DNA of 34,020 nt. Source: Dehalococcoidia bacterium. Its GTDB lineage: Bacteria > Chloroflexota > Dehalococcoidia > DSTF01 > JACRBR01. The stretch covers positions 1 through 34,020 of the forward strand of contig JBGQBE010000035.1 in assembly GCA_041494685.1 (NCBI GenBank). Reading direction: 5' to 3'. Shown here piece by piece: positions 11,492 through 18,997 of this stretch (positions are counted from its first letter, which is position 1; the number at the start of each line of letters is the position of its first letter). The notes under the pieces are model-generated. The model ran no database searches. It saw only the letters and a list, made by a program, of their open reading frames with translations, and was not told the origin of the DNA. The translations under genes were made by a program, and so were the position numbers.

Positions 11492-11656
11492 TTCCAGTCA
11501 CCGCTGACGCTCCCCGTTCGGAGCGCCGATCCGTGCCTTGCCGATCCAGCCAAAGTCCCGCGATTCCCTGTTCACTCGCGACCACAACGGCCGAGTCATG
11601 AAGGGAGAAGATCCCTAGGGAGGGATCTCGGACGACACGGGCAGTCGAATCAAGCA

Positions 11657-11748
11657 CCTCCGATAAAGGCAAACCCGTCGAAAGGCGGGGACGCAAAACC
11701 ACGGGTCTACCCCCCATTCCTGGGGCATGACAGCCGGGTTGCCGGAAT
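11657..11748 (+). ncRNA. Cyclic di-GMP-I (GEMM) riboswitch aptamer
   Basis: Matches consensus: AAAGGCAAACCCGTC-GAAA-GGCGGGGACGCAAAACCACGGGTCTA...GACAGCCGGGTTGCCG; P1 TCCG(11659-62)/CGGA(11743-46); G at the G20-equivalent position (c-di-GMP rather than cGAMP type). Confidence 0.92.
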
Positions 11749-11799
11749 TCTTGTTTTTCCGTGCCGCGCAAGCGGTCCGGACACACGGAGGTGACCGTC

Positions 11800-13311
11800 A
11801 TGCCAGGTTCCTGGCGACCCAGGCTCCTTATCGCGTTCACGCTCGCGGCCGCCGTGCTTCCCTCGGCGGCCGGCATGGCGAAGGCATCGCGGGCCGCCAC
11901 GGTGCACGACGCCGTATGGGCGTACGAGGCGGCGCACCCGGGACAGGCCGTGCCCGTGATCGTGCAGACCTTCGGCGACGCCGACGCGAGTGCGCTGGTG
12001 ACCGCTGCCGGGGTCGACGTGCGCGGCGACCTCGGCATCATCCACGCCGTCGCGGCGGACGTACCCGCCGGCCGGCTGGCGGCGCTGGCATCCGCGAGCA
12101 GCGTGCGATGGATCAGCCTCGACGGGCCGGTCACGTCGACGTCCCACCCGGACGGGCGCGGCAACGGCGCTGAAGACTCGCCCGACACGGGCGCCGACCT
12201 TCCGCCCAGCGTGTACACCCAGGAGATCGGCGCGGATGGCGTGTCGGCGGACGGCCAGGACGGGACCGGCATCGCCGTAGCCGTGGTCGACACGGGGATC
12301 GTGAAGAGCGCCGACTTCGGCCGGCCGAGCCGCGTAACCGCGACGTTCGGCGGCCCGGGCGACGGCTACGGCCACGGCAGCCACGTGGCGGGCCTGATCG
12401 CCGGCGATGGCGCGAACTCCGACGGACGCTACGCCGGCGTCGCACCGGGCGCGAGCCTGGTGGATGTGAAGGTAGGCGACGACACAGGCGCTGCGACGAT
12501 CAGCGACGTGATCAACGGCCTGGCGTTCGTGCTCGCGAACAAGGACCGCTTGAACATCCGCGTCGTGAACCTCTCTCTGAGCGTGGACACGGCGCAGAGC
12601 TACACGACCGACCCGCTGGACGCCGCGGTCGAGTTGCTGACGTTCCGGGGCGTCCTGGTGGTCGTAGCGGCCGGCAACGCCGGCACGGCCTCGGATGCTG
12701 TGACCTACGCGCCGGCGAACGATCCGTTCGTGCTGACCGTCGGCGCGGTCGACGACCGGGGCACGGCGACCACGGCCGACGACACGGTGCCGCCCTGGTC
12801 GGGCCGCGGCACGACGCAGGACGGCTTCGCGAAGCCGGAGATCTACGCGCCGGGCCGCCACCTGGTGTCGGTGCTCAGCCCGAAGAGCGTGCTGGCTGGT
12901 CAGCAGCCTGAGAGCGTCGTCGGCAAGCACTACTTCTCACTGAGCGGCACATCGATGGCAGCGGGCGTCACGAGCGGCGCGGCTGCGCTGGTGTTCGGCG
13001 CGCACGGCGACTGGACGCCCGGCCAGGTCAAGACCGCGCTCGTATCGGGGGCGCAGCCGGTGCCGTCAGCAGCGTACGCACGGCTCGCCCGCGTGGACGC
13101 CGCGAATGCCCAGGACGCGCCGGCCGATCTGACCTCGACGATCAAGCCGAACTACCTGCTGTTGCAGGCGGCGGGCATCGCCAACCCGGAGACCATCGAC
13201 TGGAGTTCGATCCGCTGGGGCAGCATCCGCTGGGGGTCAATCCGCTGGGGCAGCATCCGCTGGGGTTCGATCCGCTGGGGCAGCATCCGCTGGGGCTTCG
13301 TGCCCGAGTAG
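11800..13311 (+). CDS. Secreted S8 family (subtilisin-like) serine peptidase with C-terminal (SIRWG)6 tail
   Basis: Signal peptide, I9-like prodomain, catalytic Asp (VAVVDTG), His (GHGSHVAG), oxyanion Asn (AAGN), Ser (SGTSMA); GGAGGTG SD before ATG 11800. Confidence 0.94.
   Translation: MPGSWRPRLLIAFTLAAAVLPSAAGMAKASRAATVHDAVWAYEAAHPGQAVPVIVQTFGDADASALVTAAGVDVRGDLGIIHAVAADVPAGRLAALASASSVRWISLDGPVTSTSHPDGRGNGAEDSPDTGADLPPSVYTQEIGADGVSADGQDGTGIAVAVVDTGIVKSADFGRPSRVTATFGGPGDGYGHGSHVAGLIAGDGANSDGRYAGVAPGASLVDVKVGDDTGAATISDVINGLAFVLANKDRLNIRVVNLSLSVDTAQSYTTDPLDAAVELLTFRGVLVVVAAGNAGTASDAVTYAPANDPFVLTVGAVDDRGTATTADDTVPPWSGRGTTQDGFAKPEIYAPGRHLVSVLSPKSVLAGQQPESVVGKHYFSLSGTSMAAGVTSGAAALVFGAHGDWTPGQVKTALVSGAQPVPSAAYARLARVDAANAQDAPADLTSTIKPNYLLLQAAGIANPETIDWSSIRWGSIRWGSIRWGSIRWGSIRWGSIRWGFVPE
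13207..13296 (+). repeat. Coding tandem repeat, 6 x 15 bp encoding SIRWG
   Basis: Units start at 13207, 13222, 13237, 13252, 13267, 13282; ATC CGC TGG GG invariant. Confidence 0.97.
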
Positions 13312-13361
13312 AGAGAGTAAGCCCGCCGCAGTGATGCGCTGCGGGTGAAAGGACCGGCAAG

Positions 13362-14099
13362 GTGAGCGACATTCGATCCAACTCGCTCAAGCTACTAGTA
13401 GGGACGACGGCCCTCGCGGGCGCGTGCGTCACGGTCGCGGGGCTGACACAGCTGAGCACGCACAACGCGATCATGCTGGCGGCCCTGGTAATCGCGGCCG
13501 CGGGCGCCGAGTTCTTCGCGGTCGAGTTGTTCGTGGACAGCCACGTCTCGGTCAGCGGGGCTGCGCTGATGGCAGCGGGGGCGATCTTCGGGCTGCCGGG
13601 CGTGGTGCTCTGCGGGCCGGCGATCGCGCTGGCAGGGCACCTGCGGGATCGGCCGGAGCCGTACAAGACCGTATTCAACTTTGGCGCGCTGGCGGCCGCA
13701 GGTGCCATCTACGTCCTGGTCTTCCGCCTGCTGGACGGGCACGCGGCGACCACCGACTATCGCATGCTGATGGTACCCGCGATCGTGGCGGCGCTGGCGA
13801 ACATGGCCGTGAACTCGGCACTCGTCGCCATCGCGATCAGCCTGGAGTCGGACGAGTCGGCGCTCTCCGTGTGGCGCAGCAACTTCCTGTGGCTGGCGCC
13901 GCAGTACGGAGTGATGGGCGCGGTGGCCATCGGCGCGGCCCTCGCGATGGTCAACTTCGGGACGTGGTCGCTGGCGGTGTTCGCCCTGCCGGTCGTATCG
14001 CTGAGCGAGGCGCTGCACACGCGCGCCGAGGCGATGAAGATGCGGCAGCGGGCGTTGGACACCATCATGTCAGTGCAAGAGCACAAGCGCGCGGCGTAG
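13362..14099 (+). CDS. Multi-pass membrane protein resembling the MASE9-type sensor domain of HD-GYP/GGDEF proteins, without output domain
   Basis: About 7 hydrophobic helices; AE-F, SVS, YKTVFN, NMAVNSALV motifs; ends in short charged helix; GTG start. Confidence 0.65.
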   Translation: MSDIRSNSLKLLVGTTALAGACVTVAGLTQLSTHNAIMLAALVIAAAGAEFFAVELFVDSHVSVSGAALMAAGAIFGLPGVVLCGPAIALAGHLRDRPEPYKTVFNFGALAAAGAIYVLVFRLLDGHAATTDYRMLMVPAIVAALANMAVNSALVAIAISLESDESALSVWRSNFLWLAPQYGVMGAVAIGAALAMVNFGTWSLAVFALPVVSLSEALHTRAEAMKMRQRALDTIMSVQEHKRAA

Positions 14100-14121
14100 T
14101 GGGCTGGTCGCCCGGGAGAGA

Positions 14122-14155
14122 ACACGAGGGCCCGCCATCCGGCGGGCCTTCGTGT
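14122..14155. terminator. Probable terminator between convergent genes
   Basis: ACACGAGGGCCCGCC-ATCC-GGCGGGCCTTCGTGT stem-loop. Confidence 0.75.
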
Positions 14156-14168
14156 GTCCGTCAGTGCG

Positions 14169-14570
14169 TCAGAACGCGCCCTGTTTCTGCAGCCATTTCC
14201 AGAACTCAGGTGGCGCGGACATAGTACTCAGGCGCCCCTGCCGCACCAGCAGCCAGTCGTCGAACTCGTGCGACTCCTTGATCTCGCGCAGCGTCACGAT
14301 GTTCTTCGCGTGCTTCAGGTACTTGAAGTCGGCGACCCAGCTTTTCGTGTCGTTCGGGTCCGGCCGCGGCAGCGACACGACCTCCGCCAGTCCGACGACG
14401 GCCGCCTGCCCCTGCGAGTGGTAGATGATGACGCGGTCGCCCGGCTTCATCGTCTTGATCGCGTTCACCGCCGTCGGATTGCGGACGCCATCCCACGCGG
14501 TCGTGCCGTCGCGTTTCAGGTCGTCGATCGAGTAGGTCTCCGGATCGGTCTTGGCGAGAAAGTAAGCCAT
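14169..14570 (-). CDS. EVE domain-containing protein
   Basis: MAYFLAKTDPETYSIDDL, WDGVRN, MKPGD-x-IIYHS, RQGRLS; AGGAG SD. Confidence 0.92.
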   Translation of the reverse strand: MAYFLAKTDPETYSIDDLKRDGTTAWDGVRNPTAVNAIKTMKPGDRVIIYHSQGQAAVVGLAEVVSLPRPDPNDTKSWVADFKYLKHAKNIVTLREIKESHEFDDWLLVRQGRLSTMSAPPEFWKWLQKQGAF

Positions 14571-14635
14571 GGCGATGCTCCTGATTGCGAGTGGCGTCGT
14601 ACGAAATCGAGCGTAACACGCCGTTCGCCGCGATG

Positions 14636-15502
14636 TCAGCCTGCCTGCTCCTTGAAGCGGCGGATGGCGTCGATGTGCGCCTGCGGCGTCGTGAGGCCGG
14701 CGTTCATCGTGTTCACGCTGACGTGCGACGCGCCGAGGCCGCGCCAGCCATCCAGCGCCGCGCCCCATTGATCCTCCGGCGTGTTGAGCAGGCTGATCCG
14801 CCCTTCGATGCCAAAGTCTTCCGGCTTGCGACCGGCTTCACGGACGTAGCCGCTCAGCTGCTCGATGGTCTCGCTGGCGCGCGGGCCCGGCTGGAACTGC
14901 GGAAACCAACCGTCCGCGATCTTCGCCGCGCGCCGCAGTACGGTCTCGACGCCGCCGCCCATCCAGACCGGGATCGGCCGCTGCACCGGCAGCGGGTTGA
15001 TGCCCGCCTGCTTGACGTGGTGGTACTTGCCGTCGAAGTCGATCAGCTCCTTCGTCCACAACTCCCGCATCAGCGCGATCTGCTCCTCGATACGGCGGCC
15101 GCGGTTGCGGAAGTTCTCGTTCAGCGCCTCGTACTCGACGAAGTTCCAGCCGATGCCGACGCCGAGGCGCATGCGGCCGCGCGACAGCACATCCACCGCG
15201 GCCGCCTGCTTCGCGACGAGCGCCGTCTGCCGCTGCGGCAGGATGACGATGCCGGTCACGAGTTCGATCGATGCCGTGCAGGCGGCGAAGAAGCCGAACA
15301 GCACGAATGGCTCGTGGAACGGCGTGTCGTGCCGGTACGGCGGCCGGAACTTGCCCTCGAACCGGTCCGGGTGCGCGCCCAGCACGTGGTCGAACACGAG
15401 AACGTGGTTGTAGCCCAACTGCTCCGCCGCCTGTGCGTAGTCGCGGATGACGACGGGATCGTTGCCGATCTCGGTCTGGGGGAAAACGACACCTAGCTTC
15501 AT
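14636..15502 (-). CDS. LLM-class (luciferase-like) F420-dependent oxidoreductase
   Basis: GVVFPQTEI, FDHVLG, ILPQRQTALVAKQAA, GRMRLGVGIGWN, IPVWMGG. Confidence 0.9.
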   Translation of the reverse strand: MKLGVVFPQTEIGNDPVVIRDYAQAAEQLGYNHVLVFDHVLGAHPDRFEGKFRPPYRHDTPFHEPFVLFGFFAACTASIELVTGIVILPQRQTALVAKQAAAVDVLSRGRMRLGVGIGWNFVEYEALNENFRNRGRRIEEQIALMRELWTKELIDFDGKYHHVKQAGINPLPVQRPIPVWMGGGVETVLRRAAKIADGWFPQFQPGPRASETIEQLSGYVREAGRKPEDFGIEGRISLLNTPEDQWGAALDGWRGLGASHVSVNTMNAGLTTPQAHIDAIRRFKEQAG

Positions 15503-15585
15503 GGCACCTCCGGTGCGCTCAGAGTTGACGGTTCACAGCAGACAGTCTGACGTGCCGATCGGGCCACGTGCCAGTACGGCGCCCG

Positions 15586-16431
15586 CTACCGCGCCGCGGC
15601 CACGAGCGCGGCGCCAAGCGCGCCGGCGAAGCCGGGCGACGGCACGGTCTCGACCTGCATACCGAACAGGCCGGCCATGTGCGCGATCGACTCGACCAGC
15701 AGCCGGTCATGGTGCACGAACCCGCCCGCCAGCACGATGCGGCGCAGTTGCGCCGCGCTCGCGCGCCCCGCCGCGATCTGGGCGATGTTCTCGCCGTGCA
15801 GGTTCAGCAGCCCGGCCAGCACGTCGTCCTGCGAGCCCTCGAGCGAGCGCGCGAGATGCGCCGCCGTGAGATCCGGGCCGACGCGGCCGATGCCGTCCGG
15901 GTAGACGTCGGAGATCATCGCATCGACGCGGCGCCGGTCGCCCCGCTCCGCCGCGGCGATCATCGCTTCATACGGCAGTGACGCGTCGATGCGGTGCGCG
16001 ATGCCGGCGAAGGAGCCGCCGCCGAGCGCCGTGCCGCCCATGTACGTCACGCTTTCGCCGCGCACTGCCGCGAAGGCAGTGCCCGTCCCCATCAGCGCGA
16101 GCAGGAACGCGCCGTCGCCCAGGCGCCCGTCGACTCTTAGCAGTGCCGCCGCCCCGCACGCGCCGGCCTCGATCTCCTGCACGGCCACGACGCCGGGCGC
16201 CTCGGCAAGCGGTCCCAGCCGCGCGCCCGTCACGCCGGCACGCGGCGCGCCGCCGATCAGCGCCACGCCGGCGGCCGCCACCGTCTCACGCGACTCCAGC
16301 GCGACGCCGGCGGCGGTCGCGCGGGCCACTTTCGTCAGCGTCATACCGGCGTCGACGCCGATAGCGCCGGGCGGCAGCAGGCCGGGGGCGCGCAGCAGCG
16401 CATCGTGCATCGAGTGGACGTGGTCGGCCAT
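15586..16431 (-). CDS. Type II pantothenate kinase (CoaW/Fumble-like), start uncertain
   Basis: GVDAGMTLTK, EIEA, GTGT, GGTALGGG, GDR..VD..ISDVY, TAA, GFAGALGA align with type II PanK motifs. Confidence 0.75.
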   Translation of the reverse strand: MADHVHSMHDALLRAPGLLPPGAIGVDAGMTLTKVARATAAGVALESRETVAAAGVALIGGAPRAGVTGARLGPLAEAPGVVAVQEIEAGACGAAALLRVDGRLGDGAFLLALMGTGTAFAAVRGESVTYMGGTALGGGSFAGIAHRIDASLPYEAMIAAAERGDRRRVDAMISDVYPDGIGRVGPDLTAAHLARSLEGSQDDVLAGLLNLHGENIAQIAAGRASAAQLRRIVLAGGFVHHDRLLVESIAHMAGLFGMQVETVPSPGFAGALGAALVAAAR

Positions 16432-16579
16432 GAATCCGCGGCTCCTGGAGCCCCCATTGTGGATCGGCGGCGGGGCTGCGTCGAATCGGGCGGCGTGGAG
16501 GCGCCCGGCCCGCGGCGGCTACACTGTACCGACGCGACAGGCGCGGGTGCCGCCAGCCGCCGCATCAGGAGACACGACG

Positions 16580-17422
16580 ATGCCTCGATCGATCTGGAAA
16601 GGCGCGGTGAGTTTCGGGATGGTCTCGATCCCGATCAAGCTCTACACCGCCACGGAAGAGAAAGACGTCGCCTTCCACATGCTGCACAAGGCGGACGGCG
16701 TGCGCATCAAGCAGCAGCGCTACTGTCCCGAGGACGACGCCGTCATCGAGTGGAACGACGTCGCTCGCGGCTACGAGATCGCGCCGGAGCAGTACGTGAT
16801 CATGGAGCCGGAGGATTTCGAGAAGGTGCCGATAGACACGACGCGCACCATCGAGATCACCGACTTCGTGCCGGCAGCGCAGATCGACCCGATCTACTAC
16901 CAGAAGACCTACTACCTGGAGCCGGACAAGGTGGGCGGCAAGCCGTTCGCGCTGCTGCGCGAGGTGCTGAAGGGCTCCGAACTGGTGGCGCTGGCGAAGA
17001 TCACGCTGCGGCAGAAGGAGCAGCTCTGCACGCTGCGCGTCTACCAGAACACCATCGCGCTGGAGACGATGCTCTACGCCGATGAACTGCGCAGCGCCGC
17101 GGATCTGGACATCCCCGAGGACATCTCCGTGAACGAGAAGGAACTGGCGATGGCGAAGTCGCTCGTCGACATGCTGACCGGCGAGTTCGAGCCGGAGAAG
17201 TACCACGACAACTACCGTGAGGCGCTGCTGGAGTTGATCGAGCGGAAAGCCGAGGGCCAGGAGATCACACGCCCGGTGCCCGTGGCCGGTAAGGTCACGG
17301 ACCTGATGGAGGCGCTGCGAGCGAGCATCGACTCGGCAAAGCGCGAGCGCGCCGCGCCCGCCGAGGCCGAGCAGGAAGCAGAAGCCGCGCCCAGGCCGGC
17401 GCGGCGCAGGAAGGCTGGATGA
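16580..17422 (+). CDS. ku: NHEJ DNA end-binding protein Ku
   Basis: RSIWKGAVSFGMVSIPIKLYTA, IDPIYYQKTYYL, FEPEKYHDNY, DLMEALRAS; AGGAG SD; basic C-tail. Confidence 0.95.
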   Translation: MPRSIWKGAVSFGMVSIPIKLYTATEEKDVAFHMLHKADGVRIKQQRYCPEDDAVIEWNDVARGYEIAPEQYVIMEPEDFEKVPIDTTRTIEITDFVPAAQIDPIYYQKTYYLEPDKVGGKPFALLREVLKGSELVALAKITLRQKEQLCTLRVYQNTIALETMLYADELRSAADLDIPEDISVNEKELAMAKSLVDMLTGEFEPEKYHDNYREALLELIERKAEGQEITRPVPVAGKVTDLMEALRASIDSAKRERAAPAEAEQEAEAAPRPARRRKAG

Positions 17423-18489
17423 CCTCGTCAGGGATCGACGGCGTCACGACTCCGACGGACATCACGAAGCTGCCCGCACCCGCGGGCGGTGGCGGCATGC
17501 CGGACGCGATCGCGCCCATGCTCGCATCGTCCGCGCCGGAGCCGTTCGACTCACCGGAGTACATCTTCGAGCTGATGTGGGGCGGACTGCGCGCCATGGC
17601 GTACGTCCGCGATGGCGTCGTGCGGCTGCGCGCGCGCAATGGCCGCGACCTGACGCCCTATTTCCCGGAGCTGCTCTGCATCCCGGACAGGCTGCACGCG
17701 AAGGAGGCGATCATCGACGGCGAGATCGTCGCCATCGACGGCGAGGGGCACCCGGCGTTCGACATGCTGCGGCAACGGCTGCAGCTGATGGCCAACGCCG
17801 TCGGCCCGGATCGCGAGCAGGTACCCGAGCTGCCTGTGCAGCTCAAGCTGAAGCGCGTGGCGGGGCAACTGGCGTTCCAGGCGTCCGACCTGCTCTGGCT
17901 CGACGGGCGCCCGCTCGTCGAGCGGCCGCTGTGGCAGCGCAAGAACCGGCTGCACGACGCCGTCATCGCGGGCGCCGAGTTCGCGGCGGTGGATTTCGTC
18001 GACGACGAGGGCATGGCGTTCTACGACGCGGTGCTGGAACGCCGGCTGGAGGGCATCGTCGCCAAGGGGAAGCACAGCCTCTACACGCCTGGCAAACGAT
18101 CGCAGCACTGGCTGGAGATCCGGGCGCTGCAAAGCGGCGACTTCGTGGTCGGCGGCTACACGATCGGCGGCGCGCGCCGGAAGTCGGAGCCGTTCTCGCA
18201 GCTGCTGCTGGGTGGCTACGCGCAGGGCCGATTCGAGTACGTGGGTTCCGTGAGCGGCGGCCTTGGTGATGTCGAGGCGCGGGCGCTCATTGCGGACATG
18301 GAGCCGTTGATCGCGGAGTCGAGCCCGTTCTTCGATACGCCGCGGATCCCGCGGCTGATCTACTGGACGCGGCCTGGGGTCGTGTGCCACGTGCGGTTCA
18401 GCGAGTGGTCGCGGGAGGGGCAGCTGCGCTTCCCGATCTTCAGCGCCCTGCGCCCGGACCTGGCCGCGGCGGACTGCGTGATTGAATAA
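17419..18489 (+). CDS. LigD/LigC-type ATP-dependent DNA ligase domain protein (adenylation + OB) with degenerate catalytic motifs
   Basis: PMLA, RNGRDLT.YFPEL, IIDGEIV, LEGIVAK, Y.PGKRS, VVGGYT, LRFP.F..LRPD; but motif I reads ELMWGG and motif V WLEIR; ATGA overlap with ku. Confidence 0.85.
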   Translation: MTSSGIDGVTTPTDITKLPAPAGGGGMPDAIAPMLASSAPEPFDSPEYIFELMWGGLRAMAYVRDGVVRLRARNGRDLTPYFPELLCIPDRLHAKEAIIDGEIVAIDGEGHPAFDMLRQRLQLMANAVGPDREQVPELPVQLKLKRVAGQLAFQASDLLWLDGRPLVERPLWQRKNRLHDAVIAGAEFAAVDFVDDEGMAFYDAVLERRLEGIVAKGKHSLYTPGKRSQHWLEIRALQSGDFVVGGYTIGGARRKSEPFSQLLLGGYAQGRFEYVGSVSGGLGDVEARALIADMEPLIAESSPFFDTPRIPRLIYWTRPGVVCHVRFSEWSREGQLRFPIFSALRPDLAAADCVIE

Positions 18490-18498
18490 GGGCGCGCG

Positions 18499-18915
18499 TC
18501 AGTCCTCGTCGAACTGGAACGCGGGCTTCGGCTCCTCGATCGGCGTGATGCCGGACTCCAGCAGCTTCCGCTTCTCTTTGAGCGCCTGCTGCTCGCGGTC
18601 GGCGATCGTCTCGAGCTCGCCCTTCGACTTCTTGCGCTTGGGTTTCGGTTTGTTGATCTCGGGATGCTCGTTCATCCGCACCGAGCCGGAGATGGGCTTC
18701 TTCACTTCTTTTTCAAGATGGTAGTAGGTGCCGCGATCGGGGATGGCGCGGGGGTAGCCTTCGCGCATGGTGAACGCGCTGAACGACGTCGGCATCATGC
18801 GCTCGGCCTTGCGGGCGCAGACGGGGCACGCCGCTGCTGCCGAGGCCGTCTTGATCTGCCCCATCGCCTCGAAGACGCCGTCGCAGTGCTTGCAGTAGTA
18901 CTCATACAGTGGCAT
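18499..18915 (-). CDS. FmdB-family zinc-ribbon protein
   Basis: MPLYEYYCKHC...CPVC; Lys-rich C-terminal extension. Confidence 0.85.
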   Translation of the reverse strand: MPLYEYYCKHCDGVFEAMGQIKTASAAAACPVCARKAERMMPTSFSAFTMREGYPRAIPDRGTYYHLEKEVKKPISGSVRMNEHPEINKPKPKRKKSKGELETIADREQQALKEKRKLLESGITPIEEPKPAFQFDED

Positions 18916-18997
18916 CGCTACATCCTCACAGCAGTCCGGCCGCAGTGTATCTACAGAACACGGAGATGGGCACGCGCCGCTCCGCGTCTCGCTCCGG

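Noticed and set aside
11657..11748. 3',3'-cGAMP-sensing GEMM-Ib variant
   Set aside because: The specificity position before GCAAAC is G, as in c-di-GMP binders, not A
13207..13296. Possible CRISPR array
   Set aside because: 15-bp units are contiguous with no spacers, lie in frame in a CDS, and no cas genes are present
14583..14616. Fourth heptamer array (GATTGCG AGTGGCG TCGTACG)
   Set aside because: Only a CG dinucleotide recurs and phase is lost after three units; too weak
15989..16579. N-terminal extension of Ku (477-aa ORF)
   Set aside because: Overlaps the PanK gene antisense; Ku homology and SD begin at 16580
17419..18489. Calling the ligase a pseudogene
   Set aside because: ORF is uninterrupted, keeps GC-rich codon usage and coupling to ku; kept as CDS and flagged as possible pseudo-enzyme
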